Shown: positions 1-13,800 of the stretch, one piece after another
Numbering within the stretch: the first letter of the stretch is position 1
Layout of the letters: the number at the start of each line of letters is the position of its first letter
NCBI GenBank assembly: GCA_002633005.1
Contig: NMRA01000005.1
Coordinates: 1,603,048-1,667,047 of the forward strand
DNA from: Phoronis australis
Taxonomy: Eukaryota; Animalia; Phoronida
Reading direction: 5' to 3'
Length of the DNA: 64,000 nucleotides
Made by a program: the position numbers and the translations under genes
The notes under the pieces: generated by a model
Seen by the model: the letters and a program-made list of their open reading frames with translations, nothing else
What the model was told of the DNA's origin: nothing
Databases searched by the model: none

Positions 1-925
1 CCTGCCTGCGCTGCCATCGGCAGCTCGGCTGAGGCCCGCCTAAGTGCTACGCCCGGGTCTGCCTGCACTGCCTTCGGCAGCTCGGCTGAGACCCGCCTAA
101 GTGCTACGCCCGGGCCTGCCTGCGCTGCCTTCGGCAGCTCCGCTGAGGCCCGACTAAGTGCTACGCCTGTGCCTGCCTGCGCTGCCTTCGGCAGCTCGGC
201 TGAGGCCCCCCTAAATGCTACGCCCTGGCCTGCCTGCGCTGCCTTCGGCAGCTCGGCTGAGACCCGCCTAAGTGCTACGCCCGGGCCTGCCTGCGCTGCC
301 TTCGGCAGCTTGGCTGAGGCCCGCCTAAGTGCTACGCCCTGGCCTGCCTGCGCTGCCTTCGGCACTGAGCTGGGCTGAGGCCCGCCTGAGTGCTACGCCC
401 GGGCCAGCCTGCGCTGCCTTCGGCAGCTGGCCTGAGGCCCGCCTGAGTGCTACGCCCGGGCCTGCCTGCGCTGCCTTCGGCATCTCGGCTGAGGCCCGCC
501 TGAGTGCTACGCCCGGGCCTGCCTGCGCTGCCTTCGGCAGCTCGGCTGAGGCCCGCCTGAGTGCTACGCCCGGGCCTGCCTGCGCTGCCTTCGGCAACTC
601 GGCTGAGGCCCGCCTGAGTGCTACGCCAGGGGCCTGCCTGCGCTGCCTTCGGCAGCTTGGCTGAGGCCTGCCTAAGTGCTACGCCCTGGCCTGCCTGCGC
701 TGCCTTCGGCAGCTTGGCTGAGGCCCGCCCAAGTGCTACTCCCCGAGCCTGCCTGCTGAGGCCCGCCCAAGTGCTACGACGCCCGAGCCTGCCTGCGCTG
801 CCTCCGGCAGCTTGGCTGAGGCCCGCCCAAGTGCTACGCCCGAGCCTTCCTGCACTGCCTCCGGCAGCTTGGCTGAGGCCCGCCCAAGTGCTACGCCCGA
901 GCCTGCCTTCTGAGGCCCGCCTAAG
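1..925. repeat. GC-rich tandem satellite, 57-bp unit, about 16 copies, degenerating at the right end and running off the left window edge
   Basis: Unit CCTGCCTGCGCTGCCTTCGGCAGCTCGGCTGAGGCCCGCCTAAGTGCTACGCCCGGG repeats head-to-tail. The 19-aa periodic ORFs in the track are a by-product. Confidence 0.95.
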
Positions 926-944
926 GCTTTTTATAAGGAGGCGA

Positions 945-1700
945 TGATGTCATTCCATTTTCGGACGGATTGAACGAATTTTACGCCACATTGTGGCCAT
1001 TTATGTTATTTTTACATCCAATTTCTGGCGTCCGCCTCTGTATCTGACGTACCGCTCGAAATTTCATTATGAAATTTCATAGTTGTGTTCTTAATGAGAA
1101 AGCCACGACTGACGTTGATTCAGTTTTGGACGGTCCCTCGTGGCGATTTTGTTTTTTTGCGTCTGCTGCCGAATCTCCTTAACCTTTTGAAGAAGCTGTA
1201 AAATTTGAAAGACGCGTTCCTATGGAGCCGACAACAAACGGTAACAAGTGTCGAACTTGAATACTACTTTGTCCCCTGAGTGACAAAATGCTTTTTTACG
1301 TTTACCCCTGTGTCTTCGGAGTTCATTATATATTCATGAAATTAGACAAATGGGTTTCCTGTAAGGTGACGACAACGATTTCCCATTTTCGGACAGACTT
1401 GGTGGTTTCTGCGCAACCTCGTGGCCTTTAAATATTTTCGCATAAGTTTTTGGCGCCTGCCTCTCTATCTTCCAAACCGCTTGAAGGATCATTAGAAAAT
1501 TGACGGTTGTCTTCCTTTTGCGAAGACCCCAGCTGACGTTGATTTTCAGATGTTATCGACTATTCTGGCGCTCTGTAGGAGCAATATACATTTTGCTTTT
1601 TTGCATCTATGACTGTATCTCCTTAACCCTTTGCGAAATTTGACAGTTGGGCTCCTATTGAGATTGAAAATGTACACACTTCAACTTTGTTTTTGCATCT
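945..1700. repeat. Diverged direct repeat, period about 430 bp, next to the satellite (possible non-autonomous element interior)
   Basis: Paired motifs: CCATTTT(T)CGGAC ~955/~1383, TGGCG..YGCCTCT.TATCT ~1026/~1451, TGACGTTGATT ~1110/~1534, ATCTCCTTAACC ~1173/~1617. Confidence 0.6.
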
Positions 1701-1739
1701 ACGGTTTGTATTCTTAAACCCAGTAATCTAGATCCTAAG

Positions 1740-2385
1740 CCAATAAACAATTTATTGCCATTTGAATTGTGAGAACATTTTAGGACACATTGTTGAGTTG
1801 TCCGAAATTCATCAATTTCCTTGAGACTTATTTCAGATAGACAGAAATCGTTTAGTGTACTTTTATATTTGGGGATCTGATGATAGGTCGAACTTTCTCA
1901 ATGTCGGCCTGCAATTAAGTGCATTGAAGTATTATCATTTCTTACAAGAGAAACTTTTAATTGTCAAAAAAATCATCTGTCAATCAGTCCACTTTCGCAG
2001 ATAATAAACATGTAAATCAGAAACCAACAATCAAATTCATGAGCAATGCGTTTACCTTGATTTAATGACTATTTCTTTTTAATCCCCTGTTGTACCGAAG
2101 TCAAAAAGCAATGCATTTATTGTCATTTGAATTTTGAATAAATTTTTTTGGGAGGTGTCCAAATTTCATCAATGTTTTCGAAAGTTATTGTAGATAGGCA
2201 AAAAGCGTTCAAGTGCACATTACTATTTGGTGATCGGATTATAGCTTTTTTTCCAAATTCAGGCTTCAACTTAATTCCCTGAATCGTCATCATTTCTTAA
2301 CAGATTAGCTTCTAATTGCCAAAAATCACCTATTAGCTTCTCGGGTTTTGTAGATACATATACATGTGTTTCAGAAACCAACGAA
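1740..2385. repeat. Two diverged tandem copies of a ~360-bp AT-rich unit
   Basis: Colinear shared blocks (TTTATTG.CATTTGAATT, GTCC.AA.TTCATCAAT, TAGATAG, CATGT...TCAGAAACCAAC) at ~1750-2030 and ~2115-2382. Confidence 0.65.
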
Positions 2386-4763
2386 TTTGTTAATCAAAAC
2401 GGAATGATAAGCACTTTCTGCATGCATGCTCGCAGACTTTTGACGGGTAACCGGGGAAATATGGGAGATTGGGCATTCATAGTGAGGTGTATTTTTGCTC
2501 TTTCATCAGGTCATCAATTTTTCTCAAGTGACATACAATTCGAGAAAATAGCGACAGTCGTCTCCATTAGTCTTTGCCAGAGAGGTGCCTCTGGAAAAAT
2601 ATGGTTTTGCAGTCGCGAAATTGACTTACTGAATTTAAAAATTAAATAAATTAATACGATCCGCAAAAGCTTGGCTTTACATACAAATTTTCTCGATTTT
2701 TCGAAATAAGTGTATGATTACGTGCACATTTCCAAGTGCGTTTATACGACCTGTGCTGTGAAAGCGGAGACCCCAACAACAATGGGGGGCCCTTGCATCC
2801 GGCCCCCCGCTTGCTACGGCCCTGACTTCGTGATCATGATTACCCGGCTGCATTTCGCTACATGGGGAATGTTTTGCTAGGATTGTAAAATGCGAAATCA
2901 GCAAATTTGAGTTAACGATCCAGAATTCCCTTCCTAAATTATCTCGAATTAAGTAAGTAAACTAGTAACAGTTACCAATTTATCAAGACATGCACAAAAA
3001 CGCAACACGATTCAATCCGGAAACCGGAATGAGCATTAAACCCGGGCTTTAATGTTCACACTTATGTTTATGCCTTTTCTTTATGTTTATTAAAATCATC
3101 AAATAACCAAGTTTTTTGTTGATTGGGACATTAACACTGACATGCTATCAAGAAAATTCTCTATTTCATTGTTGCCAGACGATTTAAAAGCTGGCCGAAT
3201 GTGGGATTACCTCGTGTTTTACACGTCGAGTAGGCAGGTTTTTTCGGTGTTCCACGTCACTCGATTAGAGTCCGACACTAAATTTTGAAGGTAGTCCCTG
3301 GGTATTAGCCCCTGCCCCTAGTTGCTGAATCCTTGTTTTCTAGGTTGCTAATTTGATTAAACACACATCTCAACTGCTGTCGCTGAAACTTGTTAAAAAA
3401 CGATACATTTAAGTTCTGTGCCAAGTTGCATACCGGGGTACTGAAGTTTTAGGGTTACAGCGCATAACAACAATACCGTCATATTTTACTCCCCACGGTG
3501 CTATTTCTGAACAATGCTTTTGACGTCATTCAATAATCAAAGTTATAAAGCAGACAAGTTATCATTTTTTTACAACCCAGATCTGATTTTAACACTTTAT
3601 TTTCCTCTGTCTTGCCAAGTAGCCCTGAAAAGTGTGTTACCTGAGACTAGATTAATAAAATATTCATTGAATTGACATCTTTTCTCTAAAATCAATTGGT
3701 CTGTAAACACCAACTTCTACTTTACTACATCGGCATGTTTTCAGTATAACAGAAAGTAGTCTTGGTTTCCTGGCATGCTCAGTTTTGGACGGACAAAGCT
3801 CAGTACCATGAAGGGTCATTCGATAAGCCCCTGACTCTCACTTACCATGACGACCAATTAATTATTTATTATGTAGGAACTTATCGTCAAGTCTATTTAT
3901 TTAGACAAATATATACTAATAGATTTAACTCAGTATCGGCGGATACATTTTCTGAAATCAGAAAGTCAGATGAATTTGATTTTTGACTTTTTCAAGTTTT
4001 CATTAATTAAATCAAGTGGCCATCTTTTTAGTAAAACATCGGTGATCAAATTTTATTTGATGTAAATGTTCAAAATGAAATCTTAAACATGCTGTTGTAC
4101 TTTTATCATTGCCTAGCTGTTTTATTTAACTTTTAATTGATTTTTTATGACAGCCTCTCATGCAAAAAATGGGACCGTAGTGAATAACAAAACAAATGCT
4201 GCACCACTGACTCGATATTCGCAAAGACCAGAACGAACTATTCTTTGTTTGGCTTAAGCTTGAAAACAGATAAAGATACAATGAACCGCAGCCCCCAACT
4301 TAGGATTTTCTGAACGGCAGTCTCTAGTGTTCTCCGGTAGTCAAGTGAGTCAGCCTCTCCTCTGCTCATTTCCGATTGTTTTTTTCGACGTTATCGGTCT
4401 TAGCAAACAGGAAAATATGATAAGCCACTCGACAGCCTTATAATCAGTCTGGAAATGGTATCACAGTCAAGTTCATGTTGTATTCAAAATCAATACAATT
4501 ACGTGTCGAAGAACCGACCTGTTTGGTGTATTTGTCTTTTGACGATCGCCGTGTGACAACTGGTGTCGACGGTCACGTCGTTCCTTCCGCTTTGAATTAA
4601 GTATTTAATTGGCCGTGTTAAGAGTTTAGACATTGACCGCCCAGAGATATTTGTATTTGGTAAATCATGAAAGCATTTTAAATAACAGTCTTGTCACCGC
4701 AGTCGCTCATCGATCAAGTTATCGGTTACATTTGTCGATGTGGAATCAACAAATGCACTCAAC

Positions 4764-6859
4764 ATGCTCGACCATCATACCTGGCACATTTTTGTTTTAT
4801 TCTTCGTCGTGCATATCCGATCGTTTATTTTTTGTAGCAATATAATTACGAAATTTCAACGCCTTTCAGACCAACGAGCAGTCGGAATGAGCGAGTGCGA
4901 CTTTGATATCGTTGGGCAGAGCATTGTACATTGTGGCGTCGAGGGCACCAAAGCTGGCATGGCGGCTTTTAGTTACTACTTGGATAACAGGACGTGTCGC
5001 CTGCATTGTGCTAACGGGGATTTGAGACCGGTCTCATCTCCTGGGTGGAATTTGTTCAAGCATCCAGGTACGAATTTAGTATAAGTCATGTTTATCTGGC
5101 TAACTCAAGTCGAATTAGGCCTCAAAATCGGTCTCATTATACTCCTTGCCCGACAGGATAGGACTAATACATTTCTTTTTTACCCGAACATGAATATTGA
5201 AACCACCGGTGACTCTAGGAAACGCTTCGGAATTTATTCGGGTTGGTAAATTCAAAAGTTGGAAATTCAAAGATGGCACACAGTGTACGCATTTGCCAGT
5301 CGTGACTTCAATTGAGTTGCATACTGACGAGAAAGGAATCCCCGTTGTGATATAGTAGGCAATACTGTATGAAACTGATTTTAAAGAGACCTGGAACGCC
5401 ATAAACAGACTAAATTGTAAGGCACCTGGTATTTTTAGGGTTTTCCCTTAAGAAAGATTTTTAATTTCTGTAACAGTTGACATCCAAGCATTTTCTTTTA
5501 GTTTCAAATTAAAAAAACGATCTGTCACTACTGCTCGCCACTTAGACAATTATTCTCCCACAAGCCAAAGCACGTCTCCTTATTCGGTATAGCAAGATAT
5601 AGATGTAGCACATTTCCCTTTATGGAAAATGTGACCTTTGACTTCAAGCTAGTTCAAGCCTCTGATTGTGAGCGCGTGCGCGCATTTGTCATAAGTGGGA
5701 GGGAGCTTAGAACCTTTGTGGTAACCACAGTTTTTCATTCGCGCGTATTTCAAAAATCGTGAGTACACTGTACTAGACGTTGCGAGACGGTACTTTCGTC
5801 AAGAATTGCTTGGTACATGCGTTTGATCAGCTTTCGCGTTCCATGCCTCTTTAAAGAGAGTAAACGGCCCAATTTAGCCAGCTAAACAGGGCCAATGTAG
5901 TTTGTGTCGGGCAAAATGTTGCGATCAAAGTACGTTTCTTGGCTAAAATTGAATGGAACACTTGTGTACCGTTTTCGAAACTCTTGATATAAGGAAACTA
6001 CACGTGTGGACTTGCGATACTTTCCAGCCGCTCCCGTGAATTCCATCTCAACGGTCATGGATGATAATCGATCGAATCGCTAGACACCCACGAGCTGCAG
6101 CACATTAACCAAGCACGGAAAGGAACCCTTATACTGATGTGCCACGAGAGAACCTATATCGCTCCATGCGCGTATCCACCTTAAAAAATAGGGGGCTCAA
6201 ATTTTGTGAATACAGACCTTTTACTAACAAAGCCGGGGGGCTCGAATTTTTAGAATGTGTACCTTTTACTAAAAAACGGGGTACGTTTAGAGCTATGAAT
6301 TTTGACAGTTCCTGCCTTTGTCTCCGAGTCGTTTTCTACTTTTCCAGACTTTTTGTTTCTCTAGGGTGGACCTTTTTGACCACTTTGTCAAATGGGGGGG
6401 CTCGTTCGAGCAAGCAAGTATGCACACAGTCCACGCACCTGTGTTTTATCAAAGGTGGCAAGTCCGGTTGCAGCAACGACGTTCGTGAGCACGATGCTGC
6501 AAACAAGACTTGTTTTTTCGATGAACGAAAACGTAGCCAACGACGTCAACAAAACTGATAATTTTTGAAATACAGATTAAAGGACTGACATAATAAAAAC
6601 GGACTTAATATCTAGTAAATTGATAAAACTAGACCCTGGTGTGTGACAACGTTTATTTTCCAAACACATTACTCTTGTTTTTTCAGAAGACTCCTTCAAG
6701 TGTCCAGCAGGTTTTGCTGGTAATCTGCCGGACCCATATGACTGTGCCAAGTATCACAAGTGTTTCTTTGGAAGAGATACCGTCGAAAGATGTCCCACGG
6801 GACGGCTGTTTCACAAAATTTCCAAACAGTGTGATTGGGAATATAACGTAACTTGCTAG
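4764..6859 (+). CDS. Secreted ~158-aa protein: signal peptide, PAN/apple-like Cys module, C-terminal chitin-binding type-2 (CBM14/peritrophin-A) domain; 2 exons
   Basis: Exon 1 4764-5067 (ATG, hydrophobic N-terminus, HCG..C..AFSY....TCRL pattern, CAG|gtacg donor, phase 1). Exon 2 6687-6859 (tttcag acceptor) reads EDSFKCPAGFAGNLPDPYDCAKYHKCFFGRDTVERCPTGRLFHKISKQCDWEYNVTC*, with C-x13-C-x5-C-x9-C-x12-C-x7-C spacing. AATAAA at 7417-7422. Exon 2 in this frame is absent from the ORF track. Confidence 0.85.
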
Positions 6860-7892
6860 TAATAATTTAGAAGCAACAGCCAAAGTATGCTGATCTATTT
6901 TTTATCAAAGATAGATTCTGCTTTATGAGTACCTGCTCATAGGGACATATACCACTAACTCTGGTGCATATCTCACCACTACACTGTTTATGTAACTGCT
7001 ATGCTTGTGGTGGTTTTTGTGGTAGGTGCTATCACATCAAAAAGCTAACAACCGCAATTGTTACAGCTTTCTTGTCAATGTTGTAATGCAATCCATTTCT
7101 TATTAGCCTAAGCTATTGACTGCATTCTAAAACCAGGGAGACTTAAATGTTTTCCTAGTAAAAGTGGATAGTGACAACTATTATAATATCAAGCAACCTC
7201 TCCCCCAATCCTGCAACGACGATTAGCACACTGGACCTGCTTATCAGCATCAAATGCCTGACAAGAGTTATTCTATGGAAAAAACAATGAAATGTGGGGT
7301 CTTTATCAGTTTGCTTCACTTTTTTTCGAAATTATAGCTACCTGAAACTCAAATGGGATACATGAAGTTGGAAATGAATAGAATCGACGACGGATATTCA
7401 CTATATGGAGTGAATCAATAAAGGTATCTTTTTAACACTTGAAGAGATTGGGAACAGAAAGTAGCTCATCAGCAGGAGGACGTTTGTGTGATAAAGGACC
7501 CACCTGATTATCTTAATGCAGGCAATTCTATAGGGAGGACCCTGGCTTCAATTGAAATACCAACTGAAATTCAAGTTCACTTTATGCAAAAATTATACAC
7601 ATCAAAACATTAAATGTTGCTTGTGACAATACAATGTATTATTTCTTTTAGTAATATCACTAGCACTTAAATAACACAGTTACATTTGATCAGATCTATT
7701 GATTATAGTTTTCCAACTGAGTGTCCACATATTGCTGTTTTAAGAACATATAGTCACTCTAGCATTCAGTCAGGATATAACAATCATTTACACCACGATA
7801 ATAAAGCTTTGAAAAAGTCACTTATCAAATCAAACTCCATCACCATGATCAATTCCGAAGTATCCTCTTATAATGACTAGTATTTCGAATAA

Positions 7893-10800
7893 TCACTTCT
7901 CCCATTTTTCTATGTCTTTTGTCAGTTGATTAATATTCTCCAGGTCTTTAATAGAGATAGTTGCTGAACCTCGCTTAGCTGCTTTAGGCTGGAAAAGAGA
8001 GAAAATCAGAGGAATGCACACAAGTAAGCAGGTACACAGACACAAAGTTAACGGGGCAATAAACCAGCGTTTAGGCCAGTTACTGTTATAAAATCAGTTT
8101 TATCTTGTTCCTTACTCAGCTTACAATGACTAGAATGAGAAGAACCAACACTTCATTATTGCATCAGCGCAGACTCGGGAAGTTTGTAAGTCATGTCATG
8201 GTGGGTTAGCTTAAGCAGCCAAAGCACTGTGACCAGAAGGGGAATTACGCCGTTTCATTGTCACCAAGGATTTCAATTCAAGCAAATGTTTAAGAACACA
8301 TATTTTTGACACCAGAACATGGTTTCCAGTGGCTGTACATTAGAAAATACCAAGCCATGTTGCAAAAAACCCTCCCAGGATCTATGTAAATCATTAAATG
8401 AAACCAAAGTTCACTGTAACAAAATCCGAAGTATAGTTGGCATGGAACATGTGGAACGGAATTTTACTAGCAAGCAAACCTAATCAATACTGTAAAATTA
8501 TTCCTGTCTGGTGATTAATGTTACAAAATTAATACCCTCCAGCTGGGATTTTAAAAACCTTATTACATGTCACTTTATGTGCTGAGCATTATAATCATCA
8601 ATTAGTTCATTTCTCATTAATTAGTTAGACTCAAATAAGTCAATGAATTGTCTAGTATCATGTAATGATTAATCAGTCTTCTGTTTTGTATGGACAATTA
8701 TCTCAGTGTGTCATTGTGTTCATTTTGTGACACACCACCAGAGGGTGCAGTGAGCAACAGATGAAAGCTGTGCAAATAATGTTGATGAAACAGATCAATC
8801 CAAACTTTCTTTGGAGTTTCTATGCATTGACCCAGCATATTCATAGGTTATCAAAGTCTTTACATTTCATATGTGTCTGAAAGAATGTAGTTGCTAAACT
8901 ATACTTCACTGCAACAGAACATTGCAAACGCTACAGGCTCAACCTTCTCAATGAATGGAACTTTTGCATCACATGTTTCAATCTTTAGAAAAATACGTTC
9001 TTGCTTGGAAAACTGCAGAGAGGAAATGGGGTTTAAGATTGACAGAGACCTGGGAGGTTGATACCAGGTCACTCCTACAAACATGCAACAAGTGATCAAG
9101 GATAGATGGTAGTCTCGAGCAAAGTGAAATTATAAGTGCTATAAAAAACTTTGAAAAGATCTTTATGCCCTCAAATATAACATACCCAGAAATGGGATAG
9201 TAGTGTTTATAAACTATCAAAACGTGTTGCTACCTGCGAAGGATCAGGTTTCCACCCAATAAAGTAGAGCACCTGAAATGTGGCTGGTATGCTGTCATCT
9301 TCATTGCCGTACATTTCTGGAACACACGAACCAAGAATTAGCCAACACACATTTCATGAACTGCAGTGAACCTCGATTGATAAACAGTTATGACTGTAGT
9401 AAGAACACAAAGAGACATAAAATGAAATGTGTGCATTTCAATCACAAACTGATTCTGTTTCTACCAATTTGACATCAAATTTCAAAGAGACCCAATAGGA
9501 TTGTGAAGCAAAACAATTTCAAGCAATAACACCACACCTCCAGCTGTTGAGGCGTCACACATCTTTTCATGCAAATGTCATGTTAATAAGATGTGAAAAA
9601 TGCTACCCAGAGTGCATTCCGAAGATTAAACAATCTTGAAAAAACGCAAGGACACGCAAAACCACACAGGCCTTTCGTGAGTAAGCTTGAGACCTTACTA
9701 GGGTAACTTAGCAAAATGGTGGCCACTAAAGTGAATGGTCAGTGAGGTTGGAATGTTGAATTCTGGACATACTTCCCAGGCTCCGTTCCAAAAGCTGAGG
9801 TTTGTCACCGCAAGTGCATAACTAATGGAGTCTATGTAACATGGCCAAGTGTGAAGTGAACAGAGAGACATACAAATAAGAAAAAAATAATGCCAAGTAA
9901 AAATCATGACACGAAAACAAAATAGCACTAAAAGTTTGCTCAGTAATACAAAAAATGTCTGATTACAACAACGGAGAAATTTTAGTAAAATGTGCTTGCA
10001 CCTTCAGCTTATTGTTACCTTTGTACACAGAAGCAGCTGCTAACATAGTATCTCTGTGCAAGTGAAGCTTTCTCCTCCAAGAACAGTTATTCTCCCCCAT
10101 CCCTGAAGAGCATTTAATGATTAAAGAATGAGTTGTGAAATCACACCAGCGGTTTATACTTATGATAGCAGTGTGTTAGAAATGAAGTGACAGACACTAG
10201 ATATTACAATAGTCAACTTATTCAAAGCCAGTCGTCAAGCCTAAAAACTTGAGAATAAACTGAAAGATTCCCTGTCTAAGTATAATATTCAAGCATTGAG
10301 AATAGATTCCCTCTCCAAAGGTATTATTCAAGGCTAGCATTAAGATTACATTCCACATCTCAATGTAGTATCCAAGCATTAAGACTTGATTCCCTGTTTA
10401 AATGTAATATTCAAAGATTAAGACTAGATTCCCTGTCTAAATGTAATATTCAAGTATTTTAACATGTCACTTTTGATATTTACTTGCTATTATAAGAGAA
10501 ATTATCATTTTATTGCCAAGTACCAATGAAGTGCAATACAAATACTGGTTCCATTTATAGAACTCTAAATGATACACATGAAATGTCAAAGTCAGCAGGT
10601 CAAACATGATGAATCTTCAATGTCTAAAAATGTCAATTTCACCAAAAATCAATAAGGTTCCCCAGCATAAATCGCTTTCACATTCTGAAAGTTTGGTGCA
10701 GATCTAAGACTTACTTTTTCTGAACAGTTACTCCACGAAAACCAAAACATTCAAACATTGATCCATTGAACAGATTTTTTACAAACCATCTGCAGCTGTC

Positions 10801-13800
10801 TAAAAAAATTATTTTACAAGGAAATTAAGGAAATCTGATGAATATATTGTTGAGCCCCTCTAACAGAGAAACAATTTTCAACCACAAACTGAACCATCAG
10901 AGAACACTTTACAACAGTTAAATCTGTATTTTTGAAGAAAAGTTCCTAGTATGTAGGCATGCTTCACTATATAAAACCCAAGAAAATATAATCACACTAT
11001 CAAAACGTTATGTACAAACTGCTGTTGGTCCATCACAAACTGGCATTATACTTTTTCATCGACACTAAAATGTGTTTGCACTTCAAGTAGGATTCTCTAA
11101 TACTTTGTTTACGAAACTGGAAATAATGAGCAAGTTTCAATTAACAATATATTGTTGATTGAATTATTCACTGGACACATTACCTTTCAGATCGTACATC
11201 AGTTCAAACATGGATGGATAGTTGATGACCAATTCATCTATATCAATAGTGAGAAGTGTAAAGCCAGTCCTATTTAGTAAATTACCCAAATCTGTGACAT
11301 CCGTGAACGGCGATATATGAGGAGCAAATCCCTGAAAACAAGTTAAAGTTCAGATTAATGTATTGTTAGTAGTGGATTTCATGGCCAATAATCAGCTCTA
11401 AAACAGCGCTGAAGATCGCCCAGAGGGCTTTTCACCACATGGTGAAATGGATATAAACCAAAAGAATGGGAGGAAAATTCAAGTTCAGTGAGTGTGTTAG
11501 TGCTGACTAAATGAAAATCCCTTGACAAGTTTAGAAAACTAAACAGTTTTACCGGTTATATTTCGCTTCTTTTTACATTCCTCTAACAACAATGAATCAA
11601 ATCGTCTGCCATCTTCTACCCTTAGTTTTTGACCTAATGATGACATGTAGTGACCCGAATGCCACCCAATGAGCTCAGAGAATGCTTTAGCCCATGAATT
11701 CAGTGGCAGGGGAAAAATGCAAATGGTGGAGTGACAAGCAAAAAGTAAAAAGTCAAATCTTCAAGACAAAGTTCTTTTGAAGGGCTTGATTTTTGGGCAC
11801 TTAAAATATTGGCTGTATTAAGGTAAACCGTGAGGTTGTAATGTAAACAAAAACACACTGTGATTCCCGTTCATTGATTATTATATTATGTAATATGTTA
11901 AACCAGGGCCATTTAACAATTTCACACTGTGTAAGACAGAAAGCAAAATAACTCAGGTGAGCATCACTAAGATTACTTTTCAATAATTTTCTAGGGCCAA
12001 CATAAACTTAAAGTGATAAAACACACTCACTAATGTTAACTCGATGCCACAAAATGTTGAATTAATTTCAGAATACATCATAATCATTCCAATCAAGGGA
12101 TACTCAGCAAATTCCAATTCCATCCAAAAAAGACAATATATTTATAATGGAGTGCGTAAAGGAGTCAACGCTAATTTGGATAATTCTAACTTGCCAAATG
12201 TAACCTGGCGAAATTCTCAGGTCGCCAAATGAGAAATGAGGCCTTTCCATACTACAAAATAAAGCATCCAAAGAGAAAAGTTGCAACAGGGGCATTTTCA
12301 GGAGTTGCAACGGTCCATTTGCCCTCATTTGACTCCTACCAAAACCAGATGATAAGAAGACAGCATCTGCACATGCATCATAGTCGGGCCCTGCCAAGTT
12401 ATTCTGACTACTTTCTATTTACTACTGGTTGTACTTTGATCTGCGATTTCAGATTTTTACCAGGTCGTCAAACAAAATCTAAGGTCACATTGGCGACCCT
12501 GGAATGGATGACTGCAGAACTGCATAATTAGATAACGTGACAATAGGAATGCATTTGTTATGAAACTGTCGAAGCGGTCCGAGTTCTCCATCTTCATACT
12601 TATCATCAGTATCTTTCAACGACAATGTTGTTTCACCCAAGCACCGCACCATCCAAAATGTTCTCTAACTTGCACTGTGATTTNACTGGACACATTACCT
12701 TTCAGATCGTACATCAGTTCAAACATGGATGGATAGTTGATGACCAATTCATCTATATCAATAGTGAGAAGTGTAAAGCCAGTCCTATTTAGTAAATTAC
12801 CCAAATCTGTGACATCCGTGAACGGCGATATATGAGGAGCAAATCCCTGAAAACAAGTTAAAGTTCAGATTAATGTATTGTAGGGGATTTCATGGCCAAT
12901 AATCCGCTCTAAAACAGAGCTGAAGATCGCCCAGAGGGCTTTTCACCACTTTGTGAAATGGATATAAACCAAAAGAATGGGAGGAAAATTCAAGTTCAGT
13001 GAGTGTGTTAGTGCTGACTAAATGAAAATCCCTTGACAAGTTTAGAAAACTAAACAGTTTTACCGGTTATATTTCGCCTCTTTTTACATTCCTCTAACAA
13101 CAATGAATCAAATCGTCTGCCATCTTCTACCCTTAGTTTTTGACCTAATGATGACATGTAGTGACCCGAATGCCACCCAATGAGCTCAGAGAATGCTTTA
13201 GTCCATGAATTCAATGGCAGGGGAAAAAATGCAAATGGTGGAGTGACAAGCAAAAAGTAAAAAGTCAAATCTTCAAGCCAAAGTTCTTTTGAAGGGCTTG
13301 ATTTTTGGGCACTTAAAATATTGGCTGTATTAAGGTAAACCGTGAGGTTGTAACGTAAACAAAAACACACTGTGATTCCCATTCATTGATTATTATATTA
13401 TGTAATATGTTAAACCAGGGCCATTTAACAATTTCACACTGTGTAAGACAGAAAGCAAAATAACTCAGGTGAGCATCACTAAGATTACTTTTCAATAATT
13501 TTCTAGGGCCAACATAAACTTAAAGTGATAAAACACACTCACTAATGTTAACTCGATGCCACAAAATGTTAAATTAATTTCAGAATACATCATAATCATT
13601 CCAATCAAGGGATACTCAGCAAATTCCAATTCCATCCAAAAAAGACAATATGTTTATAATGGAGTGCGTAAAGGAGTCAACGCTAATTTGGATAATTCTA
13701 ACTCGCCAAATGTAACCTGGCGAAATTCTCAGGTCGCCAAATGAGAAATGAGGTCTTTCCATACAACAAAATAAAGCATCCAAAGAGAAAAGTTGCTACA

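Noticed and set aside
169-947. Repetitive Ala/Pro-rich ORFs on both strands
   Set aside because: They follow from a 57-bp (19-codon) stop-poor satellite. They have no splice context, and no family similarity was recognised.
2780-2823. GGCCCCCCGCTTGCTACGGCCCTG, resembling a DNA-transposon terminus
   Set aside because: No matching opposite TIR was found in the window, so the element cannot be delimited.
6940-7420. Hydrophobic stretch (YVTAMLVVVFVVGAI) and Tyr-containing short frames after the CBM14 exon, suggesting transmembrane and tail exons
   Set aside because: In-frame stops flank them and no consistent splice path exists. Best treated as 3'UTR.
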